Assembly: GCA_023957995.1 (NCBI GenBank)
Contig: JAMLGK010000012.1
Location: forward strand, 16,058-80,057
From: Microthrixaceae bacterium
Lineage (GTDB): Bacteria > Actinomycetota > Acidimicrobiia > Acidimicrobiales > Microtrichaceae
Reading direction: 5' to 3'
DNA length: 64,000 nt
Under the pieces are notes generated by a model. That model saw only the letters and a program-made list of their open reading frames with translations. It was not told the DNA's origin and searched no databases. Each line of letters begins with the position of its first letter. The first letter of the stretch is position 1. Shown here in pieces: positions 45,063-53,363 of this stretch. A program made the translations under genes and the position numbers.

Positions 45063-45773
45063 ATGACCGCTGAATCCCACGAAGATCGCAGCGGTGACGA
45101 GACGCCGTGGCGCCGCGCCCGTGCCCAGGCGCTGGTCGAGGACCTGGCCAACCCGACTCTCGACGACGATGTGGAGCACCACCTGAGGCGGGTTCTGCGT
45201 CTCGAGAAGGGCGCCGCGGTGTGCGCCTACGACGGTGCAGGCTCCTGGTCCCTGGGCACGCTCGGTGACGGGCCGGAACTGGAGGATCCATCCCCACCAC
45301 AGTTCACGTCGGCCCCGTCGGCGAGGCTGACCGTCGGCTTCGCTGCGCTCAAGGGCAGCCGGACCGAGCTGGTGGTTCAGAAACTCACCGAGCTGGGCGT
45401 CGATCGGATCTGGATCCTCCGGACGCGCCGAGGGGTGGTCAGGTGGGATGCGGATCGCAGCGAACGACAGGTGGCTCGCCTCGGGCGTGTCGCCTCGGAG
45501 TCGTGCGCCCAGTGCCGGCGTCTGCGGATACCCGATGTGCAGGTGATGTCGTTCGCCGATGCGGTGGCCGCAGGTGCTGTGCTGGCCGACGCCGGAGGAA
45601 GGCCACTGCGTCGCGAGGACCGGACGGTGCTCGTGGGGCCCGAGGGTGGATGGGACGACGAGGAGCGCATGGCCGCCGACTCGGTCGTCCTCGGAGAGAA
45701 CGTGTTGCGGGCCGAGACAGCAGCGATCGTGGCCGGCTCGTCGATGGCCCAACTTCGTCTTGGCCTCAGGTGA
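45063..45773 (+). CDS. rsmE: 16S rRNA (uracil1498-N3)-methyltransferase RsmE
   Basis: PUA-like N-terminus with HHLRRVLRL, and the SPOUT C-terminal motif VLVGPEGGWDDEE...LGENVLRAETAA. Confidence 0.85.
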   Translation: MTAESHEDRSGDETPWRRARAQALVEDLANPTLDDDVEHHLRRVLRLEKGAAVCAYDGAGSWSLGTLGDGPELEDPSPPQFTSAPSARLTVGFAALKGSRTELVVQKLTELGVDRIWILRTRRGVVRWDADRSERQVARLGRVASESCAQCRRLRIPDVQVMSFADAVAAGAVLADAGGRPLRREDRTVLVGPEGGWDDEERMAADSVVLGENVLRAETAAIVAGSSMAQLRLGLR

Positions 45774-45860
45774 CTCGGTCTGTCAACATGGTCACCCTGA
45801 GTAGTGGAAATGTTCTCCGAGCCACGCAGAGTAGCCGGTGTGACATTTGTTCCAAGGGCG

Positions 45861-46397
45861 ATGGTGAGGGTGAGGGGACCAGTGAAAGACGACACGGCAG
45901 GTAGGGCAGGCGGCGAGCAGCAGGACTCGTTCGGACGGGCTGTGGGCGAACGCCTGCGGCGGATCCGGCGTCAGAAACGCCTGTCGCTCCAGGAGGTCGA
46001 AGCCGACTCACTCGAGGAGTTCAAGGCCTCTGTGCTCGGAGCCTACGAGCGGGGCGAACGGGCGATCTCGGTGCCGCGTCTCGCCCGGCTGGCCGCCTTC
46101 TACAAGGTGCCGGTGGATCAGCTGTTGCCCTCGAGTGACGGGGAGGCGGAGGAACCCGAGCGCGAGCTCGACGGGATCGGGGCCAAGATCGACCTGACCC
46201 GCCTGGAGGACCTGTCCGGTGCCGAGGCCGACATGCTCACGCGCTACCTGCGCATGATCCAGGTGCAGCGCCAGGACTTCAACGGACGGATGCTGACCAT
46301 CCGGCGCGATGACATGCGTGCGATCGCGTGCATCCTCGGAGTGGGCTTCGATGCAGCGGAGTCCAGGCTGGTCGAACTCGGTCTCAGGATGGGCTGA
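45861..46397 (+). CDS. XRE-family helix-turn-helix transcriptional regulator with an uncharacterised C-terminal domain
   Basis: HTH GERLRRIRRQKRLSLQEVE...VLGAYERGERAISVPRLARLAAFYKV. The start is uncertain: ATG 45861, GTG 45882 (purine-rich GGTGAGGGGA upstream) or the track GTG at 45804. Confidence 0.65.
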   Translation: MVRVRGPVKDDTAGRAGGEQQDSFGRAVGERLRRIRRQKRLSLQEVEADSLEEFKASVLGAYERGERAISVPRLARLAAFYKVPVDQLLPSSDGEAEEPERELDGIGAKIDLTRLEDLSGAEADMLTRYLRMIQVQRQDFNGRMLTIRRDDMRAIACILGVGFDAAESRLVELGLRMG

Positions 46398-46411
46398 CCC
46401 GGCCGAACCGC

Positions 46412-47302
46412 TCAGGCGGGCAACCGAAGGGTCTGGCCCGGTAGCAACAGATCAGGGTTGCCGGGTTCCACGAGCCGTGATTCGTTGATGGCCACGAGCT
46501 CCAACCAGTAGTCGCGAACCTGCTCCTCGCTGGGCTCGGCGCCAACTGCGAGACGAACCCTCCTGCGGGCCACCTCCCAGAAGTTGTCTCCGGGGCGAAC
46601 CGTGTACTCGATTCGCTGGATCGCCTCATCCTCGGCCTCGGACCCCGCCCGAGGGTCCATGGCTCCCGATCGTGCAGCGGTGTTGGGTGGGATCGGTGTG
46701 GTGGGCCCTCCTGTCGCCCCAGCGGCGCCGGTCGTCGTCATGGCGCTGGTCGTGGCCGTGGTCGTGGAGGGGCTGGTCGCGGTCGTGGTCGTGGGGCCGC
46801 TGCTGGTGCTGGTCGTGGTGACCGGCTCGGTGATCGGCGCGGTGCTGGCGGGCGGCGGGGAGTGGGAATCGTCGTCGTCATCGATCATTCGCATCACCGG
46901 GGGTGCGGCCGGGCGAGGCTGAGGCGGGTCCGAGAGGCCGGGGGAGTGGCTCGAAGAGGCGCCGGCGACCGGGGTGCTGCCCAGCACTGCCGCCACGGCC
47001 AGCGCGGCAACAGGAGCGGGGCTGAGGTGTGAGGTGACTCGGCCGAGGGCCTCATTGCGTGAGATCAGGGCGGCTACGTGGATCAGGGTCGCCGCGACGA
47101 GGTAGCCCAGTGCGACCGTTGCGACCAGGCGTCCACACGATGCGACAGCGTCAATGGCCTCGCGGGAGCTCCACCAGCTCTGCCACAGGCCGGGGTCGAC
47201 AGGCGGTGGGTCGAGGCGGTCATCTCGGACGCTCCACATGGCCGCGAGCGCAACCACGCAACTCGCCAGGAACGTGGACAGAGGAAGCACGCGGCGGATC
47301 AC
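46412..47302 (-). CDS. Membrane protein with a Thr-rich linker and a C-terminal LysM-like peptidoglycan-binding domain
   Basis: About three N-terminal hydrophobic helices, a Pro-rich tract, a DDDDD tract and a T/S-rich linker. The C-terminus YTVRPGDNFWEVARR...NPDLLLPGQTLRLP is LysM-like. I chose the GTG at 47302 (GTGA overlap with the upstream stop, in frame). Confidence 0.7.
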   Translation of the reverse strand: MIRRVLPLSTFLASCVVALAAMWSVRDDRLDPPPVDPGLWQSWWSSREAIDAVASCGRLVATVALGYLVAATLIHVAALISRNEALGRVTSHLSPAPVAALAVAAVLGSTPVAGASSSHSPGLSDPPQPRPAAPPVMRMIDDDDDSHSPPPASTAPITEPVTTTSTSSGPTTTTATSPSTTTATTSAMTTTGAAGATGGPTTPIPPNTAARSGAMDPRAGSEAEDEAIQRIEYTVRPGDNFWEVARRRVRLAVGAEPSEEQVRDYWLELVAINESRLVEPGNPDLLLPGQTLRLPA

Positions 47303-48594
47303 CGGTCCTGCTCCAACACGACCTCCGGGTAGACACAACCGCCGGGGGCTGCCTCGGCCAGTCCCGCTGCCCCTTCGAAAGAGCCCACCAGTTCCGGAGC
47401 TACCTCTGTCGTCTCGGTCGGCCAGTCGGTGAACTCATACAGATCGCCGGTGTCGACCTCCAGCAGGAGCACGGAGGCCGTTCCGTCGCAGTTCCAGTCG
47501 CCGACCGCCACATGGTCGCCGTGGTCTCCCACCTCGAATCTGGCGCCACCGACCGCAACGAGGTTGTCCGAGACCACGATCTCGTCACAGCTCACCGCTC
47601 GGCCGAGGGGAGCGACGCTGCAGCTCGGAGGTGTCGGCCGGGTCAGAGCGATGAGCAGCTGCGCCAGCACCGCACCGAGAACCAACGCCAGCAGCGCGGC
47701 AACGAACAACGAACGACGCGTCCGTGTCCGGTCGCGCCTCGGGTTCGCCGGAACCGTCCCGGGCACGCGCGCGTCTCTCAACAGCTCTGCGGTAGCGGCA
47801 CCGTCGAGCAGCCCCCGTTTGGCTGACATCGACGAAAGGGCTCGTCGCGCCGACCGATCCCAGTTGCGCCGCTCGGAACGCGATCCGAACGCTCCGGGAG
47901 TCTCCAGGGTCGACCGGACGATCGCGCTGAGCGCCTCGCGGTCGTCAGCAACGGCGTCGGCGTCGCCCTCGACCAGTAGCTCCACCGCCTCGCCGAATGA
48001 ACACAGCCGCACGGATCCCTCGTCGTCCACCAGCACATGTGCAGGCTCGAGAGCTCCGTGACTCCACCCCGCGAGGTGGATGCCATCTACCGCCGAACAG
48101 AGCGAGAGCAGAGCGCGTCCGCGTCGGTGACCTTCCAGCAGACCCGCTTCGGCAAGGGTGAGTGTGCCGTGGCGCACGGTGGTGAGTTCGGTGTGGTCCG
48201 CCCCCTCGCCCAGATCCGCAACCCGGACGACCCCTTGTTGCCGCAGACGGGCGAGCACCTCGGCTTCTCGACGCAACGCAGCGCGCCCAGAGTCCGAAGC
48301 GGACTTCACCACGACGGCCTGATCGCCGAGCACCGCGCTGTGGACCTCCGGTCGCCCTCCCGGTGGAGCCGGTCCCAACTGACCCTTCGAGCGCTGCGCC
48401 GGTGTGATCGTGAGGTCTCCGGAGCGGGCCGGAGTGACCTCGGCAGGTTCGTCGGTGACGCAGGAGTTGTCCGAGCTCGGGGTACCTGAATGTGCGGCGT
48501 TCGGAATCGTCGTGTCATCGCCAGCGGCACTCGGATCCGGGAGGTCCGCGCTCGAGGTGCCTGCGGTCGGAACGTGCGGCGATCGAGCGCTCAC
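47299..48594 (-). CDS. Bitopic membrane pseudokinase (degenerate Ser/Thr kinase fold) with a Cys-containing FG-GAP/VCBS-like ectodomain
   Basis: AVVVKSA (beta3 Lys) and REAEVLARL (alphaC Glu) are retained. The catalytic loop reads HGALEPAHVLV instead of HRDLKPxN, and DFG is SFG. TM helix SLFVAALLALVLGAVLAQLLIAL, then ~110 aa with 4 Cys and VGDWNCDG. The GTG start overlaps the upstream stop (GTGA). Confidence 0.65.
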   Translation of the reverse strand: MSARSPHVPTAGTSSADLPDPSAAGDDTTIPNAAHSGTPSSDNSCVTDEPAEVTPARSGDLTITPAQRSKGQLGPAPPGGRPEVHSAVLGDQAVVVKSASDSGRAALRREAEVLARLRQQGVVRVADLGEGADHTELTTVRHGTLTLAEAGLLEGHRRGRALLSLCSAVDGIHLAGWSHGALEPAHVLVDDEGSVRLCSFGEAVELLVEGDADAVADDREALSAIVRSTLETPGAFGSRSERRNWDRSARRALSSMSAKRGLLDGAATAELLRDARVPGTVPANPRRDRTRTRRSLFVAALLALVLGAVLAQLLIALTRPTPPSCSVAPLGRAVSCDEIVVSDNLVAVGGARFEVGDHGDHVAVGDWNCDGTASVLLLEVDTGDLYEFTDWPTETTEVAPELVGSFEGAAGLAEAAPGGCVYPEVVLEQDR

Positions 48595-49073
48595 AGCATC
48601 CGCCCCCGGACCACGACTCTGATGAGGCTGGCCTCCTCGAGCCCCGGCACCGCGGGACCGAGCACGTGCGGAACCTCCACCACGGCGTCGATCTGCACAG
48701 TTCCGGCAGACGGGTCCGTGGTCACGTCAGCCGACACGACCCGGAACGCCGGTGCAGCGAATCCCTCCGGAGGATCACCATCGAACAATCCGAGGTGGGC
48801 CCGCACGACGCGATCAGCCGCGTCCGGATCGATCCAGACGCGGCCGGTCCGCTGGAACTCTTCGGAGTCGACCATCGCGGCAGCGTCGTCTGCTGCAGCG
48901 GAGAGGCTGCGGTAGGCGGACCGGCGCGCTGTGTGGACCAACGACAGATCGACCGCAATGGCCCCGAGAACGAGCACGATGAGTACCAGGGCCGGGGCGA
49001 GCATGAGGGCGGTAGCGCGTTCCTCTCCCACCCGTCGTTGCACACGCGTCGATCTTCTCGGAGACTCACTCAT
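48591..49073 (-). CDS. TadE/TadG-like pseudopilin (third copy)
   Basis: N-terminal GEERATALMLAPALVLIVLVLGAIAVDL hydrophobic helix, as in Flp pilus-assembly TadE/G-like proteins. I chose the ATG at 49073, which has an 8-nt overlap with the upstream gene. Confidence 0.6.
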   Translation of the reverse strand: MSESPRRSTRVQRRVGEERATALMLAPALVLIVLVLGAIAVDLSLVHTARRSAYRSLSAAADDAAAMVDSEEFQRTGRVWIDPDAADRVVRAHLGLFDGDPPEGFAAPAFRVVSADVTTDPSAGTVQIDAVVEVPHVLGPAVPGLEEASLIRVVVRGRML

Positions 49074-49554
49074 GACAGGCAGTGCGTCGTGGGTCGTGGT
49101 CGACTCCCGGTTCCATCTCGCGATGGGCATCGATGAGCTCCACCGCAGAGACCGTGACCGTGTGCTCGCCCCAGCGCGCCCCGGTGAGCGGAACGTGGAT
49201 CGCCGGTACCCGCGAGGTCAGTCGCACCGCTGCCGCTTCGCAGGGACCGAACCGCTCGGGCTGAGGTGCTTCGAGAAGCAGTCGCTCGAGCATCGCCGGC
49301 CGGTCCTCCAGAACGTCATCCACCGCTCGTCTTCCGGCGGTCGCTGCGGATGCAGGGTCCTCCGACTCGGTGTACACACGCAGGTACTCGCGTGCTGCGG
49401 ACTCCAGTGCGGTACGGGTGTCGACCACCGCCCAGGCGTTCACCACGAGGATCAGTCCGGCGAGCACGATCAGCGTCCCCACCGCGAGGGCTTCTGCGCC
49501 GGCCACCATCGCCCGTTCCCCATGCCCACGCGTATGCCGGCGCGAGCACGTCAT
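49066..49554 (-). CDS. TadE-like pseudopilin (second copy)
   Basis: GERAMVAGAEALAVGTLIVLAGLILVVNAW N-terminal helix, and an ATGA overlap with the upstream gene. Confidence 0.6.
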   Translation of the reverse strand: MTCSRRHTRGHGERAMVAGAEALAVGTLIVLAGLILVVNAWAVVDTRTALESAAREYLRVYTESEDPASAATAGRRAVDDVLEDRPAMLERLLLEAPQPERFGPCEAAAVRLTSRVPAIHVPLTGARWGEHTVTVSAVELIDAHREMEPGVDHDPRRTACHE

Positions 49555-49958
49555 GGCTTCTCGCGGTGGATGCGGATGGTGCGCTCCAACCCACCCACCA
49601 CCGGTCCGTGTCGAGCGATCATGCGGGGCAGCAGAGCAATGCCCGGGGCGGAGACATGGAGCTGAACCATCGGGTCGCCAGTGGTGTGCGTGAACCGCAT
49701 GCTCACCTCAGCGCAGCGGTCTCCGAGCTGGTCACAGGCCCGTTCCAGTGCCAGGGACCGCACAACCGATTGGTCGGCCGAAGGGTCAGATGTGGCCACC
49801 TCGCGTGCAGCGTCGTACGCGAGGGACTCGATGCTGCTGCGGTCCCAGAGGCCTATTGCCACATTGGAGGCGAGCCCGACCGTTCCCAGGAGCACGCCAA
49901 GACCCAGGACAGTTGGAAGCAGCCCGGTGCCGCGCTCGGAGCGCCAGCGGTTTTCCAT
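49551..49958 (-). CDS. TadE-like pseudopilin (first copy)
   Basis: SERGTGLLPTVLGLGVLLGTVGLASNVAIG N-terminal helix. It starts 3 nt after the pilin stop. Confidence 0.6.
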   Translation of the reverse strand: MENRWRSERGTGLLPTVLGLGVLLGTVGLASNVAIGLWDRSSIESLAYDAAREVATSDPSADQSVVRSLALERACDQLGDRCAEVSMRFTHTTGDPMVQLHVSAPGIALLPRMIARHGPVVGGLERTIRIHREKP

Positions 49959-49961
49959 CGC

Positions 49962-50171
49962 TCAGGGGCTGCCGTCGATGCTCTGGATCTGCTCGCTCGT
50001 CCGTGCTGTGGCGTCATCCATGATGACGCTGAAGCCAGCCCACAGCGCGACGCCCAGCAAGGCGACGATCAGCACAGCTATCGCGGTGGAGATCACGCCT
50101 TCGCCGGCCTCACCCCGGCCGCTCGGGCCCGGCTTGGACCTGGTGCGACCCCTTTCTCGGTGTTCGAACAT
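49962..50171 (-). CDS. flp: Flp/DUF4244-like type IVb pilin candidate (69 aa)
   Basis: The ATG at 50171 has GGAGGAAG 6 nt upstream. The sequence MFEHRERGRTRSKPGPSGRGEAGEG-VISTAIAVLIVALLGVALWAGFSVI... has a charged leader ending in Gly followed by a hydrophobic helix. The track start at 50261 is over-extended. Confidence 0.5.
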   Translation of the reverse strand: MFEHRERGRTRSKPGPSGRGEAGEGVISTAIAVLIVALLGVALWAGFSVIMDDATARTSEQIQSIDGSP

Positions 50172-50202
50172 GTCTCTTCCTCCATCTCTGTCGACTGGTT
50201 CT

Positions 50203-50240
50203 CTGTGACGGTCCTGCGGTGCTGTGACCGTTCTGCGGTA
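50203..50240. repeat. 19-bp tandem repeat x2 (ctgtgacggtcctgcggtg / ctgtgaccgttctgcggta) in the tadC-flp spacer
   Basis: Read directly; 16 of 19 positions identical. It lies 32-69 nt upstream of the pilin ATG on the coding strand. Confidence 0.75.
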
Positions 50241-50266
50241 GGGATTCGATGACTGCTCCACCGGGC

Positions 50267-51178
50267 TCAGCCTGTGATCCGTGTCATTGCGTTGACGAAG
50301 GGAACTCCGATGAGGATCAGACCCGGAACCAGCGTTGCGACGGTCACCGGAATCCAGACCAGTTGGGCGCGACGTTCGATCGATTCGATCGTGCGGCGAT
50401 GTGCCGCTGCCCGAATTCCCCTCGCCTCGGTCGCGAGCAGTGCCCCGAGGTCGGCCGCGTCGCGATGCATGCTCAGCACGCCGACGAGACGATCGACGCC
50501 CTCGCAGCGGACACGATCGGCCCAGGCCCGAAGCGCCTCCACCTCGGATGTGCCCTGCCGAACTGCCATCTGGACCGCTCGCAGGTCCTCTGCGACCGCG
50601 CCGCTGCTGCGACGGCAGATGCGATCCAACGCGCTCCCGAGCGACAGGCCGGACGCGAGGAGCACAGCGATCTGTTCGCTGACCACCGGGAGTTCGGCTT
50701 CCAGACGTTCGGTGCGCCGAGCCGCCGCGCTCTCGAGTCGGTGCTCCGCGCTCAGCGCCACGAGCGTGGGTGTTCCCAGGGTCAGAAGGATGACGACTGC
50801 CGGACCCGGTCGGATCCAGAGTGCCAGAGCGCAGGCAACGGCCTCTGTGAGGAGCACGGCCACGAACTGCTCCAGACGGAACTCCGAAGGTGACCTGGGG
50901 GACCCAGCACGCTTGATGCGAGCCGCCAGATCGGTTCGGATGCCGCTCAGGCGACCGAGTCGCTCGCCGAAGCTCTCCGCTATCGGCAGGAGAACGGCCC
51001 TCAGTGATCCAACGATGCTGGGAGTGCCGGGCTCGGCGGACCGGTCCTCGGTCCGGTTGGGGGCATAGGGGGCCAGCCGGGTCGGCATGCCACTGCGGCA
51101 GAAGAATCGGTTGCAGCCCAGGATCAACGACAACCCGACGAAGCCGCAGCAGGCCGAGAGCAGGATCAGGCCATTCAT
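50267..51178 (-). CDS. tadC: Type II secretion system F-family protein (TadC-like)
   Basis: 303 aa. N-terminal TM, cytoplasmic helical T2SS-F domain, and C-terminal TM pair (LVWIPVTVATLVPGLILIGVPFV). The ATG at 51178 forms an ATGA overlap with tadB; the track start at 51838 is over-extended. Confidence 0.75.
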   Translation of the reverse strand: MNGLILLSACCGFVGLSLILGCNRFFCRSGMPTRLAPYAPNRTEDRSAEPGTPSIVGSLRAVLLPIAESFGERLGRLSGIRTDLAARIKRAGSPRSPSEFRLEQFVAVLLTEAVACALALWIRPGPAVVILLTLGTPTLVALSAEHRLESAAARRTERLEAELPVVSEQIAVLLASGLSLGSALDRICRRSSGAVAEDLRAVQMAVRQGTSEVEALRAWADRVRCEGVDRLVGVLSMHRDAADLGALLATEARGIRAAAHRRTIESIERRAQLVWIPVTVATLVPGLILIGVPFVNAMTRITG

Positions 51179-52047
51179 CGCTCGAAGACCCGTTGTTCGA
51201 CCGGAACTTCCATGATCCTGCCCGCCCACCACCAGCAAAGGGCGATGAGCCCGATGGCGGCTACCGAGGCGACCTGTCCGCCCGTGCTGCGGTAGGCATC
51301 CGCTCCTTCGCCGAGACTCATGCCTGCAAGGGCCATCCCCGCGGGGACCACGATCACGAACCAACGCGCCACCCGTGCGCCGGCCTGTCGGGCAGCCGCT
51401 TCGCGACGGTCGCGCTGGGCTGTTCGACGGTCGCTCGCCAGGGAGTCGAGGCGCTCGTCGAGATCTCCCCCCACCTCGTGGACGACCAACAGCGTCTCGC
51501 AGACGGCATCCGCGGTCGGGTCCGCCAGGCTCTCCTTGAGTGTCGACACGGTCCGTCTGAAGTCGGTAGTCAGCGCCCACTCGCGGCGTGCGGCATCGAA
51601 GCTCCCTCGCAGCGACTCTGGGGCAGTTGACCCGCATTCCAGAAGCGCCTGCGGGATCGACTGTCCCAATGCTCCGACCCTGACACGGATCTCCTCGATC
51701 AGACGGGGCCACGCCTCTGCCACCGCCTCGCGTCGGCGGATGCCGCGGCGCCGCCAGAGCGCCGCCGGGGTGCATGCGACCACGAGTCCGATGGCGACCA
51801 TCGGGAGACCGGGTCCCATCGACAAACCAGCGATACACGCTGCAAGACTTCCGACGCCCACCGAGACCAGTACGAAATGGCGAGGGCTCACCGCTGTCAG
51901 GCCCGCGGAAGCCAGATAGCGCTGGACGAGGGCTGTCGATCGACCGATGACTCCACGGCTCGTCCCGGTGGTCCTACCTGTCACCGAGTCGGGCAACAAC
52001 AAGTACACCCCGACAGCCGCTGCGCCTGCGAACACGATCGTCAGCAC
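51175..52047 (-). CDS. tadB: Type II secretion system F-family protein (TadB-like)
   Basis: 290 aa with the same TM/helical/TM layout. The GTG start overlaps the tadA stop by 7 nt. Confidence 0.75.
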   Translation of the reverse strand: MLTIVFAGAAAVGVYLLLPDSVTGRTTGTSRGVIGRSTALVQRYLASAGLTAVSPRHFVLVSVGVGSLAACIAGLSMGPGLPMVAIGLVVACTPAALWRRRGIRRREAVAEAWPRLIEEIRVRVGALGQSIPQALLECGSTAPESLRGSFDAARREWALTTDFRRTVSTLKESLADPTADAVCETLLVVHEVGGDLDERLDSLASDRRTAQRDRREAAARQAGARVARWFVIVVPAGMALAGMSLGEGADAYRSTGGQVASVAAIGLIALCWWWAGRIMEVPVEQRVFER

Positions 52048-53363
52048 CGCCCTGCTCCGTCCCCGGTCGCGTTTGCGTCGGCGGGTGAGCCCTTGAGGTG
52101 CTCGACGAGATCGACGCCGCGCCCTGCCATGCGGTCCCGCAGCCGTGATGGCATCACTCCTGACCAGACCAGTGCGCCGTGCTCATCGCGGTGGTACACC
52201 TCTGTCGTGGTCATGTTCACCGCGTCGGTTCCGGCGGCGAGATCCTCAACCGCGAGAACGGAGGTGACCGCCGGCCCCGAGTCCTCACGTTGCGTGTGCA
52301 CGACGAGGTCGATGGAATCGGCAACGAGCGAGTTGAGCGCGTCCAGCGGAAGTCCTCTCGCCGTCTCCGAGAGCTGTGCGATGAATCGCAGCCGGGTGAG
52401 AGCCTGGCGAGCCGACCCTGCGTGAATCGTCGTGTAGCCCGTAACGCCACTCGAGAGTGTCAGCAGCAACGGCAGCGCCTCGCGGTCGCGGACCTCGCCA
52501 ACTATTGCGACGTCTGGTGCCATTCGGAGAAACCCGGCGACCAGGCGTCTGAGGTCGATCTCTGGGCGGTCGCTGCGCGCAGACCGGGTCTGGAGCCCGG
52601 CAAGGTTCGCAACAGGAATGTCTGCTTCGAACACCTCCTCGGCCACGACCACGCGAAGCGAGGGGTCGAGCTCTGCGGCGCAGCACGACAACAGCGTCGT
52701 CTTGCCGGACCCCGGCGCACCTGCGAACACGATCGACATACGACAACGCACGGCCAGGGACAGGAACTCCGCGGCTGATGGGGACAGCGAACCTCTTTCG
52801 ACCAGTTCGGACAACTCGGTGATTGCCACGCCGGTGAACTTTCGGATGTTCACCACGAGGTGTCCGCCACGGGTGAGGTCGCCGTGAACGATGTGCACGC
52901 GGGCACCATCGTCGAGCTGGGCGTCCTGAAGCCCCTCCGCCGGATCCAACTTGCGGTGCGACGTCGTGGAGTCGTCGAGCAGCTTGGTGATGGTGCGCAG
53001 GACGTGCTCGTCGTCGTGGAAGACCTCGGGGTGCAGTCCGCTCGGTCCCCGGTGGCGCCTTGCGAAGACCGACGTGGGGGAGTTGATCATCACCTCCCAG
53101 ACATCGGGGTCCTCGAGAAGTTCGGTGAGCGGTCCGTATCTGGCGAGGTTCCTGAACGCCCGCCGGGTCACCCCATCAGGGTCCGGCAGGCCATGACTAC
53201 GGGTCCCCCTCCGGTGTTCGTCCTCCCAGCGACAGACCTCGTGGTCGATGAGTTGCATCAACACCGATTCGCCTTCGGCGTTGCTCGTGTCGAGCTGCCG
53301 GCTGTTCGCCGCTCTGCGAACGGATTCCTCTATCTCCCTCAGTGGCCCGACGGCGTCGTTCAT
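52041..53363 (-). CDS. tadA: CpaF/TadA family secretion ATPase
   Basis: Walker A FAGAPGSGKTTLLS, Asp box/Walker B VVVAEEVFE, His box GVTGYTTIHAGSA. Size and motifs are typical of the T2SS-E/CpaF family. Confidence 0.92.
   Translation of the reverse strand: MNDAVGPLREIEESVRRAANSRQLDTSNAEGESVLMQLIDHEVCRWEDEHRRGTRSHGLPDPDGVTRRAFRNLARYGPLTELLEDPDVWEVMINSPTSVFARRHRGPSGLHPEVFHDDEHVLRTITKLLDDSTTSHRKLDPAEGLQDAQLDDGARVHIVHGDLTRGGHLVVNIRKFTGVAITELSELVERGSLSPSAAEFLSLAVRCRMSIVFAGAPGSGKTTLLSCCAAELDPSLRVVVAEEVFEADIPVANLAGLQTRSARSDRPEIDLRRLVAGFLRMAPDVAIVGEVRDREALPLLLTLSSGVTGYTTIHAGSARQALTRLRFIAQLSETARGLPLDALNSLVADSIDLVVHTQREDSGPAVTSVLAVEDLAAGTDAVNMTTTEVYHRDEHGALVWSGVMPSRLRDRMAGRGVDLVEHLKGSPADANATGDGAGRC

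Noticed and set aside
47299-48594. Active Hanks-type Ser/Thr protein kinase
   Set aside because: The catalytic Asp, Lys and Asn of HRDLKPxN and the Asp of DFG are all substituted, and there is no glycine-rich loop. It is called a pseudokinase instead.
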